Source of the DNA: Puccinia triticina
Taxonomy: Eukaryota
Direction: 5' to 3'
NCBI GenBank assembly: GCA_026914245.1
Contig: CP110440.1
Location: 3,968,001 to 4,032,000, forward strand
Length of the DNA stretch: 64,000 nt
The position numbers and the translations under genes were made by a program. The notes below the pieces were generated by a model. It did not search any database. It saw only the letters and a program-made list of their open reading frames with translations, and had not been told where the DNA came from. Positions 35,642 through 47,659 of the stretch are shown in pieces; within the stretch, counting starts at the first letter, position 1; every line of letters starts with the position of its first letter.

Positions 35642-38323
35642 TTATGCCTTCATGGCTATCATTAACAAACCAAATTATGACAATAGCTGCTTAATGGGGC
35701 TTAGCTGAGCATGAGAAAGGAATGGCAAAGATCCAATCCTTCCTAATATGATGGTGATCCAAGTGTTTGTGAAAAGAGGTATGAAAATGCAGGAGCCAAT
35801 GGGGGAGAGTAGCAAAGAGGCTCGGAGTGTGAGTTTTTCCAAAGAGAGTGGTCATTAGTGGTCTAGAAAGCTTTCAGACTGCCAAGACATTACTTGTCAT
35901 ATTAAAGGAATGTGAAATAGAAAGGAAATACATGATGGCAAGATTATTAAGCTTTCAATTTACTATACAACATTGCGTTGAGGATCGGAAAGAGCATGAA
36001 CGCATTTCATTCTTGGGGGTCATCACCGGCAAAATAACTTGCCTAATTTTGAACTGGATTAGCGGATTGTCTAGCCACGAAGATTGTTTTAAGTAAAGGT
36101 TGTGGCTCGCCTGAATATTGTCCAGTTAACGACACATTCCGACTGACTAAGACGGATGACCACTTTGAAAGCTTCTCTATGTGCTCGATCGTCCGTTGTG
36201 GTAATGTGGGTCTTGATGAGGTTTTCGCTGCACCTAAATTTAATGTTCAAGCTACGAGATACTAATTTTTCATGAGCTGTTTGCCCGCAGTTTTCGAACA
36301 CATACAAACAGAATGAGACAGATTAGTAGTACTCAACTTGTGAACCACAACAGATTCCGCCAAGTGGCGTGTCAGAATTCTTGGTGAAGGGGATTTGGTC
36401 GAAACATGACAGCGCGCAACCCGGAGAGTCTCCACGCTCCGATCGAAGGTAAGTGGCCTGATTCGAAGAAGAAACGTAACTGACTCGAGCTTGTTTTGCC
36501 TAAGAAACAGGTACTCGTCGGGTGTTGGGTCGGTCACCCAGGGTCCAGTGGAGGAGGGTTGTGCCTGTTGTAAAGGACTAAAACACGTATGGAACGAACC
36601 GAGCTCATCTGAAGTTGAAATACCTTGCCTAATATCAAACCCTTTCAGTTTTTAACGAGGAAATTGCCAAAAAAAATCTCGACACTCAACTTGAGCACAA
36701 GTAGTTTGATATTTGATCCTAGCTGCGACTCCATCAGGCTGGATGTCCTGAACGCCTTTGTTTTATTTTGTGATGGTTGTTGATGCGTACTTTTTCCGCA
36801 TGAATTTGTCCGGCGTGATCGCTGGAGAGCTGAGGGAAACCTTGGTGGATGCTAGAAAGTAACTTTTCTTGAAGGAAAATGACAATCTATGTATGCTCTT
36901 GTGCGAAGATGAGAGGTGAGGTCGACTGACGGCATTAACAACATCCACCACCTTCAGCAGTGAAGTATATGTACCATCAGACTTATATATATCCGACATG
37001 ATCATCACCGTCTCAGCCGAGTTGCTCCTGTCCCCCGGACTCCTTGAAGTTATGGGTCGTGAGGGTGGACGGTCTGGTATCCTGTAGCTGGCCATGAAGA
37101 TGTACATCATTGTACATATGTACATGTGAATTGTTGAGAAATGAGTCCAAACAACCAAACGTGGTGATGGTTGAGGAATCAGGTCCTGATTCCTCATGGC
37201 GGAAATCCAAACGTTCATTGCAACAGGTTGCAACGGACAGCTTGGACGAACTTAACGGTCCCTCCAGGGACTTGGATAAGTTCGCAATTTGGATGGGGTA
37301 TGATACTGCAATCATCTTTTGACTCTGAGCAGGGTTTCCCCTGACTTATCTAAGCCTCCCGGGACTGGGGGTGCGGAGCACCCCGATGCGAAGCATCTCC
37401 CATTCCCAATGGGAGGCTTATGAGTTATCGACTTTTTTCCGCGTGAGAGCTTCAGGAAATTTGTGGCTTTGGGCCAACTTTTTGAATCAAATTTACATTA
37501 CACAGCGCGCACTCATTGTGAGTCAGCGAGCTGAAGTACATACACCGGATAGCTGAGCATCTCAGCTTCAATGTGGTGTCACTTTTGTGATATCTACACT
37601 TGAAGGAGAGTGTTGCCCTTGCTCAGCAGTCAAGGTGGATGGATGATGGAGTTCTGTATTTAAATTGAGTCCAAATGGATCTTCTCGGAATTTGCATACA
37701 CACTTCTGGCCAAACACAAAAAAATCACAAACTTCAAAGGGGGATGGAAGGAGTTTGTGAAGGGGGAAAAAGTGGTGATTGACACCAAAAGAAAGAGAAA
37801 AATCAGGCCTTTAATCTGGCACCACAGGCAATAGGAATACACAAGGAGAAGACCCCTGAAAGGGGAGCGGGAAAAAACTCCCACCAACACACTGAAAGCT
37901 CTCAAGCCAAATTCTTGACTTTACCTGCAAGTCCCTCCTTCCGAGGTTGCGCTTTGCGCAAGGGCGCTTTGCACCAGCCCAGGCTGTACCAGGGCCCTCT
38001 GAAGCGAGGGACTTGTGATGGGTTTCCCAGGACATAATTCACCACGAGTCTCATCATGATCACCAACTCCTTTTCCCCTTTCATTCATTGGAGGACTTCC
38101 CATCAGCATTTAGAGAGCTCTAAATGCCTCTCTAATTCCTAAATTAAGACACCTACCAAAACCACAAACAGCACACATGAGGGCAACAAACTACAGGCTT
38201 AAGAAAACATTTTCTTTGATCCTGAAAATTAAGAGTTGGGTTGTGTAAATTGAGATCTGGGAGGCTCCCAGACTCGACAGGAAGTCCTCCATTTATGATA
38301 TTTATCCAACATTTGTACATATT

Positions 38324-38546
38324 AGGGGGTTTCAAAGTTGGCCAGATGCAACTTGCATGCACTTTTGCAAGTCTGTGTTCAAGTTCATTCTTGAACACCA
38401 AGTTGCAAAAGTGCATGCAAGCCACACTGTACTACACCCCCTAAGCCTGCTTGAATGTTTTTTTGAAATTTTGTGTTCAATAAAAGCCTTGAACACCAAC
38501 TTGCAAAAGTGAATGCAAGTTGTGCATGGCCAACTTTGAATCCCCT
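38324..38546. mobile_element. Uninterrupted MITE (same family as split copy at 2890-4462)
   Basis: TIR ggggtttcaaagttggcca / tggccaactttgaatcccc; flanks tta/taa. Confidence 0.85.
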
Positions 38547-39105
38547 AATTGACCACAGAGATCCAGACCACCTCTCATTCTACTGTGGTAGCAATCTATC
38601 CCAGAACCCAGCTGGTTCAGATATTTGGATTTCAATTCACTACAAAAAAAACTCAAGAAACTGATGTCAGTTGACATGCAGTTACCATGCTACTTTGATC
38701 AGTACCTGGGCTCTTCCAGGGTTCTTCCAGTGTGCTTCCAGTCTAGCTCAGCATGCAGACCTGGTGCTAAGCCACAAGGCACGGCGCAGTGCTTGAGCAC
38801 TGTGCCTCCAGGTGTCCTCAGACACTCAGCCTGGACAATGGACTGCCCAAGCCCATGGTGCGACCTCATGGACACCTCCCTCCCAGCAAATTAGAGGCCA
38901 TCCACTTGGACTGGGTACAAGCGCATTGACTGGGAGCAATCCCTCCCAGTTGAGTCCAGTCATCAAGAGGGTACACAGCCCACTCAATGGCCGGCACACA
39001 CCGGTCATTGAGTGGGACCCACTTGATGACCAGCACACAAGTGGGCTGAGACCCACTCAATGACTGCATGTGCCAGTCATCAATTGGGCTGTGTACCCAT
39101 GCAAT

Positions 39106-39916
39106 TAGAGATGCCATGTGGCACCTGGGTACCCCCCTGTTTTTTCACACATTCCTCACACCCGCACCCACACCCGGCACCCGCCCTGGGAGGTACCCAG
39201 GTGCACAGGGGGAGGTACCCGGGTGCCAGGCACAGGTACCCGGGTATCACCTTTGATGGCCGGCTGACCGGCCATCAAGAGGTTTTATGCTCTTTGATGG
39301 CCAGCTGACTGGTCATCAAGAGTTTTTATCCCTTTCAATGACCGGTCAGCCGGTCATTGAGAGGTTGTATCCCTTTCAATGACCGGTCAGCCGGTCATCA
39401 AGAGTGTAGCCTCTTCAATGGCCGGCTGACTGGTCATTGAGAGCCATTATCCTCTTTGATGACCGGTCAGCCGGTCATCAAGAGGTTGTATCCCTTTTGA
39501 TGAGTCATGACCAGTCAGCCAGTCATTGAGAGTGTAGCCTCTTCAATGACCGGCTGACCGGTCATCGAGAGGCTGTAGGCTCTTCAATGACCGGCTTAAC
39601 GGTCATTGAGAGGTTTTATCCTCTTCGATGACCAGCTGACTGGTCATTGAGAGGTTTTATCCTCTTTGATGGCCGGTCAGCGGGTCATCAAGAGGTTGTG
39701 TCCCTTTCAATGACCGGTCAGTAGGTCATCAAGAGGTATCCTCTTCAATGACCGGCTGACTGGCGGGTACCCGTCCAGGTACCTGCCGTCCTCCCCACCA
39801 GAATTCTGGACACCGGCACCCGCCGGCAGGTACCTGTAGGGCCAAACCGGCACCCGCCGGCAGGTACCTGTAGGGCCAAACGGGTCCCGGCAACAAGTAC
39901 CTGTTTGCCATCTCTA
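39106..39916. mobile_element. hAT non-autonomous element containing an array of palindromic repeats
   Basis: Ends tagagatg(c)ca / tgccatctcta; perfect 8-bp TSD catgcaat at 39098-39105 and 39917-39924. Confidence 0.92.
39250..39762. repeat. About 13 tandem 38-40-bp self-complementary units (ctcttcaatgaccggctgaccggtcatcgagag plus a short variable linker)
   Basis: Direct reading; the central loop reads ctga or tcag depending on unit orientation. Confidence 0.9.
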
Positions 39917-41990
39917 CATGCAATGACCGGTGTGTGTTGTTCATTGAGTGGGTTGTAAAAGAATTCAGAAGACTAAAATGTTTATTGCTTCTAATTAGAA
40001 CTCTATGCTAAATACATTATTTGCCAGTAATGAAATTATGACTGAGAGTATTTACCTAAAAGCAGGCAAGGAGACCACTGCTTGCTTAAAGTAGAACTTT
40101 AAGAGAAGAAAAGATTTAGACAAAGATATCTCTTTCTCCACAGCTGCGTAGCTCGAGCTGCGGCAATTGATTTCTATGTCAGCTTCTTGTGTTCCTTTTT
40201 CTCAGAGGACATTTGTCCTTACTAGAGTTGCCCTATGGGGTTCTTTGTCCAGTTTGCTGAGCTTCCGCAAAACGATGTATAAGCGCTCCTACTTTGTCTT
40301 TGTAGTTTATGTGACGGGGAGTTTTGCCCTTTTTAGTCTTTTGTTTCTATCTTTTGCTTTTCTTTATGACGAGATTACTCACCGACTTGCTCTCCTGCTC
40401 TCTGAGCAGAATTGGATTGTTCTGTCTTTTCCTGTTTGACAATGTCTGAGGAAACTATTGGGATGTGGCATTAGCTCGACATCTTGATCAGCTTGTCAGA
40501 AGTTTATTCAGCCGCTTACCTTTGGTGCTAGCTTTGGATATTCTTTCTGCAAGTGACTTGCTCTTGGGATTTTCCGCAAGTTTGATTTTTTGGCTCGCTG
40601 GAGTTGGACCTGCATAAACCATATATTGGAGTTTCAGTTTTATGACTCTGCGCTGCTGTTTTGGACTGCGGAAGTGGTTTGCTTTGCTTACCAGATTCCG
40701 CAGCTGTTGTAGCTCCCAGCCGCTCTCTCATTTTATGAGCGCTGCGCCGTTTGCCTGAGCTGTTATTCTCACAGGTTGTACCCTCTTGATGACTGGATTG
40801 TGTTTTCAACTGGGAGGGATTCCTCCTGGTTGAAAGGTGGGTATTGTTGTTTGGCCTGGAGGTACTGCCCCCAGCCGTCTGTTGTATTTTTTTTGTCTGC
40901 TCCTGGTCAACATGGTTTCCTGTTGTTGAAGCTATGGCCTCTGAATCAGAGGGAGGAGGAAAGAGCGGCCAGGGAGAAAAGCTTGGGGGCAGGAAGAGGG
41001 AACAAGAGACCCAGAAAGAGAGTCTAAAACTGCTAGCTTTGAGAAGGAAAAAGGCTTCCCACTCCAGGAGACTCAAAGGGTCTCGGGGAACAGCGCACAG
41101 AGAACTGATGTTTTTCATTCTACCACACCAGTGGATGAACTATAAGCTATTTAAAACGGGGGGCAGGTTGTGGGACAGAAGGTGTGACAATGAATATTCA
41201 ACTGGAAGGAGGGAACAAGTGACAGGTGGAGGAAAGGGGAGAGAAAAGACTGTGAAATTTCAACACCTGTTGTTGACCAGGAGCTTCTTCCTAGTCAAAA
41301 CTGAGAGGGAGCCATCCCACCCAGTTGACAAGGGTGTGGTCTTGTTGACTGGGCAGGAGGGGCTGATGCTGGCTGACAAGCCCAGATGGCAGGTTGGCAA
41401 ACCATGGATCCCAGCTGATCAGCATTTGTGTGTCCCAGCTGAGAAATTTACTCAGAGCGCAGTCTTTTCTAGTGCACTGTGCACTAGGATGATGTTGAGC
41501 AACTTCCAAATATTCCAGGCTGATTGAATCAAGTATGCCGCAAGTGGTTTGATATTTTTTCATAGTGTTTCACACTTCTTTTCCAAAAATCATGTGGAAT
41601 GCAGAAATGTGCATACTGCTCAGGCAGCCTGGTCCATGTATTTGTTGGATGGAATGTGTCATGTGTACAACACTAGCTCTATCCTTTGGCTTGCATGAAA
41701 CATCTCAGAGAGACTCTGTTTGATGACTACTTAGACAAGGCTGTCCAAGCAGTTAATTAGTTTCTGCAGACTCAGTGATGTCAACCAGAATGCAAATTAT
41801 GATAAACACACAAAAGACCCCAAAGAAAAAGGAAATGATGATGGAAGAAAGAAAAAAAGAACAAATTGATGTGGTGAAATTACCCTTGATCCAAATATCA
41901 CTTTCAGACCCATGTGAGCTTTCCAGGACCCATTTGTTGTGTCTTGACTGTATATAGATCCTCCATAATTGAACAAGCTACAAAATTGTC

Positions 41991-44588
41991 TTAAAAACCT
42001 CTTTCAGAAAGTCCCAGCCAATTCCTCTGATAATCAGACAGATACCTCCAGTATATTGTATCCATTTTCAATTGTTTCAGATCTGTTATGAGTTCATCTA
42101 ATTCATCAGGAGTCAACCAAACAGGGGGGGATCCCTTGGATGTTTCTTTAGAAGCATCATTGGATAGGTTTCTCAATATTTGATTGCGGAAATCAGCCAA
42201 ATGGGATGCAGTGGATTGGAGGTTTTCTTCATTCATTGATAAGTCTGGTGCATTGTTGATAAGCTCAAGAAACTTCTGAACTCTTTTGGATTTCAACCTC
42301 AAGTTTGCAAGTCCTGATAACCCTTCAATCATAGATTTCTGCCAATGATCCAAGTTAATTTCCAGGTTCTTTTGGAGGAAAAATAGTTGTCGCAGTAAAA
42401 TGTCAAGCTGCGCACGAGAAACTACAGATAGTTTGAAGGGAGAAATTTTGGTCAGACCAAACTCTGCAAGATGTTTTTTTTTGTGACGGGATTGAAAAAG
42501 GTATTTTGGAACATGACTGACCTGGGTGGATCAGAAAATCTAGAGGTTGTTTGAGAAATCAAAAAAAACAAGAAGCTTTATTCAAATGTGAAAGTATTGA
42601 GATGATATGGATGTGAACAATTCTGCACGGACTTACGGTTTGGCTCATTGCTGATTTGATTAACCATTTTTTCCAATTCCACATTTATCCTCAATAAAGC
42701 TTTGCGTAAGGTTTTCAGCTGTTTAGATTTTGAATTTCTGTAATGTAACTTGAGCTTATTTATCAATTTTTTATTTTCTTTCAGCTGGCTCTCCAAAAGC
42801 ATATTGTGTTTTTCTTCAAAATTGGGTGTAGTCGTTATCTCGCGAAGATTCAACTTGCCAAGCGTCTGTTTAAAATAGTGATATAAAACATTGGTGATTT
42901 CTTTACGCGTAGTTGCTACATCGACATGATCAGGTCTACCTTCCGGAAGCTTTCCTGCAGACACTAAAAACTGCTTTAACCAATCCCAAGAGTAAGGAAT
43001 GTTTTTAATAGCCTGTTGATTCTTGAAGTCAATTCCACGACGGTAAAGAAAAACCTTTACCAGTCGTGGTAGGAATTCTTTAACACCCGATTCTTTTTTT
43101 TTTTTTTTGATAATGTGATATTCAGTTTCAGCCAATGCCATGTCTTATAATCAGACAGTCATATAACGACATTAGAAAACGAGGTGAAGTAAGATACTGA
43201 CCACGTAAAACATCGGATAATTGGCCATCGTGACCAATCTCCTTCTCCCATATTGCAGGTAGAGCATTTTCAAGCTTTTGGTTTACTTCTGCCAATACTT
43301 TGGGATCACTGAGCTTGCCTCCGATCATCATCTCCCAATTATACGTCTTACCTGCCGGCGTGGGATATGCGAGAAGGGAAGAATCCGGTTGATCTGACTC
43401 TTTTACAAGGTCATCTCCTTTGTTCGAAATACTTTGAGATTCGAATGTACTGGACCTTGTATGCCGTTCATGCAGCCCTGCCAGTTTTTCAGAGTCTTCA
43501 AGAACAGCTCCCTCAACTTCCAGCGGTAATCTCGGTATTTTTTTTTCTGCGGTCAGTTTTCTTGGGGGCGCCTGTATCGGTAGTGGTACATGTGCCCCAT
43601 GTTTGTCTAGAAAGTGCGTCACTGCGGTTAACCATCCAGGGGACGAGGTGGCTGTAAAGAACGAATGATCTTTGGTTTTCCAACCACGGGCGTTAGTATA
43701 CAACCGCGAGACTAACGACCTGAGAGCTAAGTGCGAACCTTTGGTTTTCCAACCACGGGCGTTAGTATACAACCGTGAGACTAACGACCTGAGAGCTAAG
43801 TGCGAACCTTTGGTTTTCCAACCACGGGCGTTAGTATACAACCGCGAGACTAACGACCTGAGAGCTAAGTGCGAACCTGAGTCGACACGAAGGAAATGGG
43901 ACAGAGATGAGTGAGACTCTGACACAATGAAACCAAACAAATCGGATCTTTCATTTCTAACCTTTGGTTTTCCAACCACGGGCGTTAGTATACAACCGCG
44001 AGACTAACGACCTGAGAGCTAAGTGCGAACCTGAGAAAAACAAGATGAGAAATGAGAACAGGAGAAAGTGTATGAAGATGTGATGAACAGACCTGAGTCG
44101 ACACAAAGGAAATGGGACAGAGATGAGTGAGACTCTGACACAATGAAACCAAACAAATCGGATGAAGAAAAAGGAAACACAAAGTTCACGTGTGTAACTA
44201 TATACATCCGATAATCTAAGATAGGTTTCACTAGTGTGGTTGTCTCATTGTTCCGCATCGACTGTTGTGCCGCAGCGGGGTGAAAATGAACTGCTGGACT
44301 GTGAGTTCAACAGGCTGTAGGGTCTAGAGTCTTTAAGCTCGGGGTTCGTTGTCCACGATTTAAGGCTTTGCCTTTTCCAATCGATACAGGGCCGGTATCC
44401 AACGCGGGTTTACTGCTTTCTGTTGAACTTAATCTAGGAGGCGTTATTGGTTGAGCCAGTTCGCCAGTGATTCTGGCGAGTGATTCTAATCCATCTTTCG
44501 AGTGGGCTGGATAGCCGGAAACCAAACGATCCACGAGTAACCCATACATTAGTGCGCTATTTTTCAAAAACCTCAGGAGCTTTGCCAT
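41991..44588 (-). CDS. Lineage-specific candidate secreted protein, possibly pseudogenised, with an internal duplication array
   Basis: ATG 44588 MAKLLRFLKNSALMYGLLVDRLVSG (signal-peptide-like). Downstream ORFs join through canonical introns (e.g. G|GTCAGT..AAG|AC ATG near 43200-43145). In-frame TGA at 44309-44307. Confidence 0.6.
43670..44030 (-). repeat. 69-bp unit x4 (44030-43962, 43876-43808, 43807-43739, 43738-43670) plus a 71-bp duplication of upstream exon sequence
   Basis: Unit GTTCGCACTTAGCTCTCAGGTCGTTAGTCTCGCGGTTGTATACTAACGCCCGTGGTTGGAAAACCAAAG; the four copies differ by one substitution. Confidence 0.98.
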
Positions 44589-45584
44589 GAGAAAAAACAG
44601 CACGTCGACGATTTTTCTAGTTTTAGAGGGTTATTTTTGTGTGTGAATTCAGCAATCAGGTAGAATGACCGAATCTTTTCATTTCTTCGTGCTTAATTGA
44701 CAGAGTACTCTTATAACATCCGTCCCTACTTTTTTGTTACAGAATACATGCGACGTCGTGTCCAAACTAAATTACCATCTAGCGACGTTACAACGGCTCG
44801 GATCTACCGAAATATATAGATACCAAGAAAGGAGGAACAGTAACGAAAGTGACCATATATATATGTCTTTCCTTTGCGGCGACCCACAAAGTGCTAAAGA
44901 GTCCCGAGTTTCAAAATTAGGGTCGACCCCGCTTAGGAGGTTTGATTAAACGTCACCCTCAACTTTGAAATCACTGAAAGTCAGTCTTTCTCACTAATTG
45001 CAAGTTTCCCCTTGACGACTTTTGTTTCTCAAACCTGATCCATCGAAACTCTGGCGCCAGGTACCTGCGGTGATGCTTGACTCAAGTTCTGATTCTCTCT
45101 TCCGGGATTACACAAGGATTTTGAAAAGAGATAGCCATTCCTTGTTTGAACGACTCACTATCAAGAAGGCAATGTTCATCACGTACATGGTACTCCTCAA
45201 AATAGAGGGATGACTATGAGCATTACTCCATCCAGTTCCCCGGCCGGCGAAATCGGTGTGACAGCTTGTCCGAGTACTCATTGGAAGGTGTTTGCCGAGG
45301 AGCATTAATACATCCAATAGTATGTGCCTCGATGAGCCCACGCCGAAGGCAGTCGAGATACTTCGTGGCGAATTGGTACGGCACAGTACCCCAGTGAACG
45401 AACTCCTAGGCTCGATGGGGCGTTTTAAAGAAGAAGCCATGTTTCTTAGAGCATCCTTACCGGTCGAGCTATGTTGGCGCAAGTTTTGACTCGCAGCTGT
45501 TGCAAACTAACTTAGCGACAGCGATTCAGCCGTATCGGTTCGGCTTGCGCGGGGTGGAGCTGAGTGGTGGGCGCGGGAAATGGC

Positions 45585-47653
45585 AGTTAGCTTCGAGCTA
45601 ACCGTCACTAAATGTAGTGACGGTTACACCCGGGGAGTCCATCCACGGGGAAATCACGCGGATTCCACGAGGACTCCACGTGGTAGCCGCGCGCGAGGTC
45701 GGACCAGCGGCTTTCGGTCCAGGGAACACGGGATCACCACCGGGAGGATCACCCGTGGATTCCACGGCAGATTTCGGCACCGCGTGGAATCCCCGTGGAT
45801 TCCCTGTGATCACGACGTGAAGGTCGGGCCCACGGGTGGATCACGGGTCCTTCAACCGTGGACTCCCCGTGGATTCGCCGTGATACCCACGGGCGGGTCG
45901 AGCCCACAACAGGCAATCCGGACACCAGCTATAAAAACTGGATTGTTTTGCAGCAATTCATATTCATCTGGAGTACAGGGTAGAATATGCTGCATTCCAT
46001 GGATTTAAAAAAGAAAAACAACAATAGATCCTATTTTACAACAGGAGAGAGAATAAAAATAGAGCCAAGAAAATAAGGCAATCGTTGCCAAATCTCGACA
46101 ATCACCACTAGTCCACCAGACTCCTGAAGAGACATCAGTGAGCGCAACGATCAACCAGTTGACACCGCAATGATGACCGCAGGTGGGAGTACCCGGCACA
46201 ATCTCCGGCGTGCTTGGCGTCTGTCTTCTGCTATTCTCGCTTGTCGTCCGATGATTGCTGTCGTATTCGTCAGACAAAGAGTGCTTGGGACGAGAGGTGG
46301 CTCAGAGGCCAAGTAACCCTTGGACAACCTCCTGGCCAATCTTGTCGTGCAGAGCTGCTCTGAAAGCAGCGTTGTTTGAGAAGCTCGGCTTGTTTTCCAA
46401 GAGCTCGGTCTCTATCGCAATGAAGACCTAGTTGAGTAAAGCGGGAAACCGGGGCAGGAAGGGAAGAGAGAGGCATCGAAGGCAGAGGGAAGGATCATGC
46501 GGCGGCTGCGATCACAGGGGCGGGCTCGGTGGCCGCCTGCGAGACCTCGGGCGTAGTGTTGGCAGGAATCTGTGGGGCGGCGTCGGAGACGGGCACGGGC
46601 TGATGGTGCGGAAGAAAGCTGCTCAGCAACAGCGACTCTGGCAGAGGGGGATAGTGTGCTTACCTCAGCGGGGGCTGCCGATTCGGCCTCTTCTTCCTGT
46701 GTGGGCTCGGGCTTCTTTGTGGGCTCTTTCTTCTTCTCGCCAACAGCGCCGAACAAGCGGCCGCTGAACCGTTGGGCCAGCTTGGCCAAGTCCTGCACCA
46801 AAAGAAGCATGAAGAGATGAGTGGACAGCTCTGGGAGAGAGAGAGAGAGGAAGATGGATCGGCTGACTTTGGGGGACTTTTCCTTCTTCTCAACTTTCGC
46901 CTCCTCTGGTGTCTCCGCGGGAGCAGCAGCAGCCTTGGCCGGTGAGGCTTCGACAGCCTCGACGGCGGGCGCTTGAGGGGATGCAGGAGCAGCGTCCTGG
47001 GCAGGCAACGTCAGCGTGCAGTCTGATCGGACCCAACAGATGCGGGGGGGGGGGGGGGGAAACAAAACATACTTCTGCAGGTTGGGGGTCGGCGGTTGGC
47101 TCAGCAGCGACAGGGGCCTCGGGCTCGCTGGCACAAGTCCCTTGTTGCCCTGGGTCATCCAGAGTAATCAAGCCGGACCGGAAGTTTGAGCCGCGGCGGT
47201 TATCATCAAATTAGCCCTAATCTCCCGGTGAGCTGCATTCTTGTCAGTTCCACCGGCAATGCAGGGCCAGCCGTGGGTTCCCCGTTGTTGAGAACAACAA
47301 GGAATCCACGGCTGCCCCTGCATGTTGTGTGCTTGTGGGCTCCACTGCGATCCCACAGGCGGCCGTGGAATCCTCATCATTCTTGACGTGGAAATCCCAG
47401 GCGGGTGGAGACGACGGGCTTTCCCGTTGTCTCCACGCATTTTCCACAGGAGGGTGGAGACGACGGGGGGAGCAGTGAATTCCACGTGGGTTTCACGTAT
47501 CCAGTGATCCCGTCGTCTCCACAAACCGGCGGGCCAGGAAGCACCCCCGCCGTGTAGCTGAAACTCAAGCTTCTCACTAATTTAGCTTGGGCTTAGCTAC
47601 ACCCGGTGTGGTTGACATTGGTGGCTAAACTAGCTAATTTTGAGCTAAACTAG
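45585..47653. mobile_element. Composite (Pack-like) element with GGAATCCACGG-rich ends enclosing host gene fragments
   Basis: Both 45615-45900 and 47220-47580 are dense in ccgtggattcc/ggaatccacgg motifs and end in short hairpins (aaccgtcacta-aatg-tagtgacggtt). TIR and TSD not cleanly resolved. Confidence 0.55.
46495..47160 (-). pseudogene. 5'-truncated gene fragment (4 exons, 3 introns) encoding an A/E/P/K-rich C-terminus ending PVIAAAA*
   Basis: EPEAPVAAEPTADPQPAE|GTATGT..CAG|DAAPAS..KEKSPK|GTCAGC..CAG|DLAKLAQRFSGRLFG..APAE|GTAAGC..CAG|PVPVSDAAPQ..AAAA TGA. No in-frame ATG upstream before a TAA. Confidence 0.7.
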
Positions 47654-47659
47654 TCACCG

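Noticed and set aside
36000..37500. Possible small spliced gene on the minus strand
   Set aside because: Splice-like signals exist but I could not build a consistent model or recognise a domain.
39250..39762. CRISPR-like array of palindromic repeats
   Set aside because: Linkers are only about 5-9 nt and recur, repeats are degenerate, there are no cas genes, the context is eukaryotic, and the array lies inside a TSD-flanked hAT element.
40170..41560. ORFs of 196 and 227 aa
   Set aside because: Low-complexity, with stops in the continuation and no recognisable motif; probably a decayed repeat-associated ORF.
43093..43200. Frameshift between ORFs 43128-43979 and 42578-43141 near a poly-T run
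   Set aside because: Explained by an intron (G|GTCAGT..AAG|AC); the A-run is in frame (poly-Lys).
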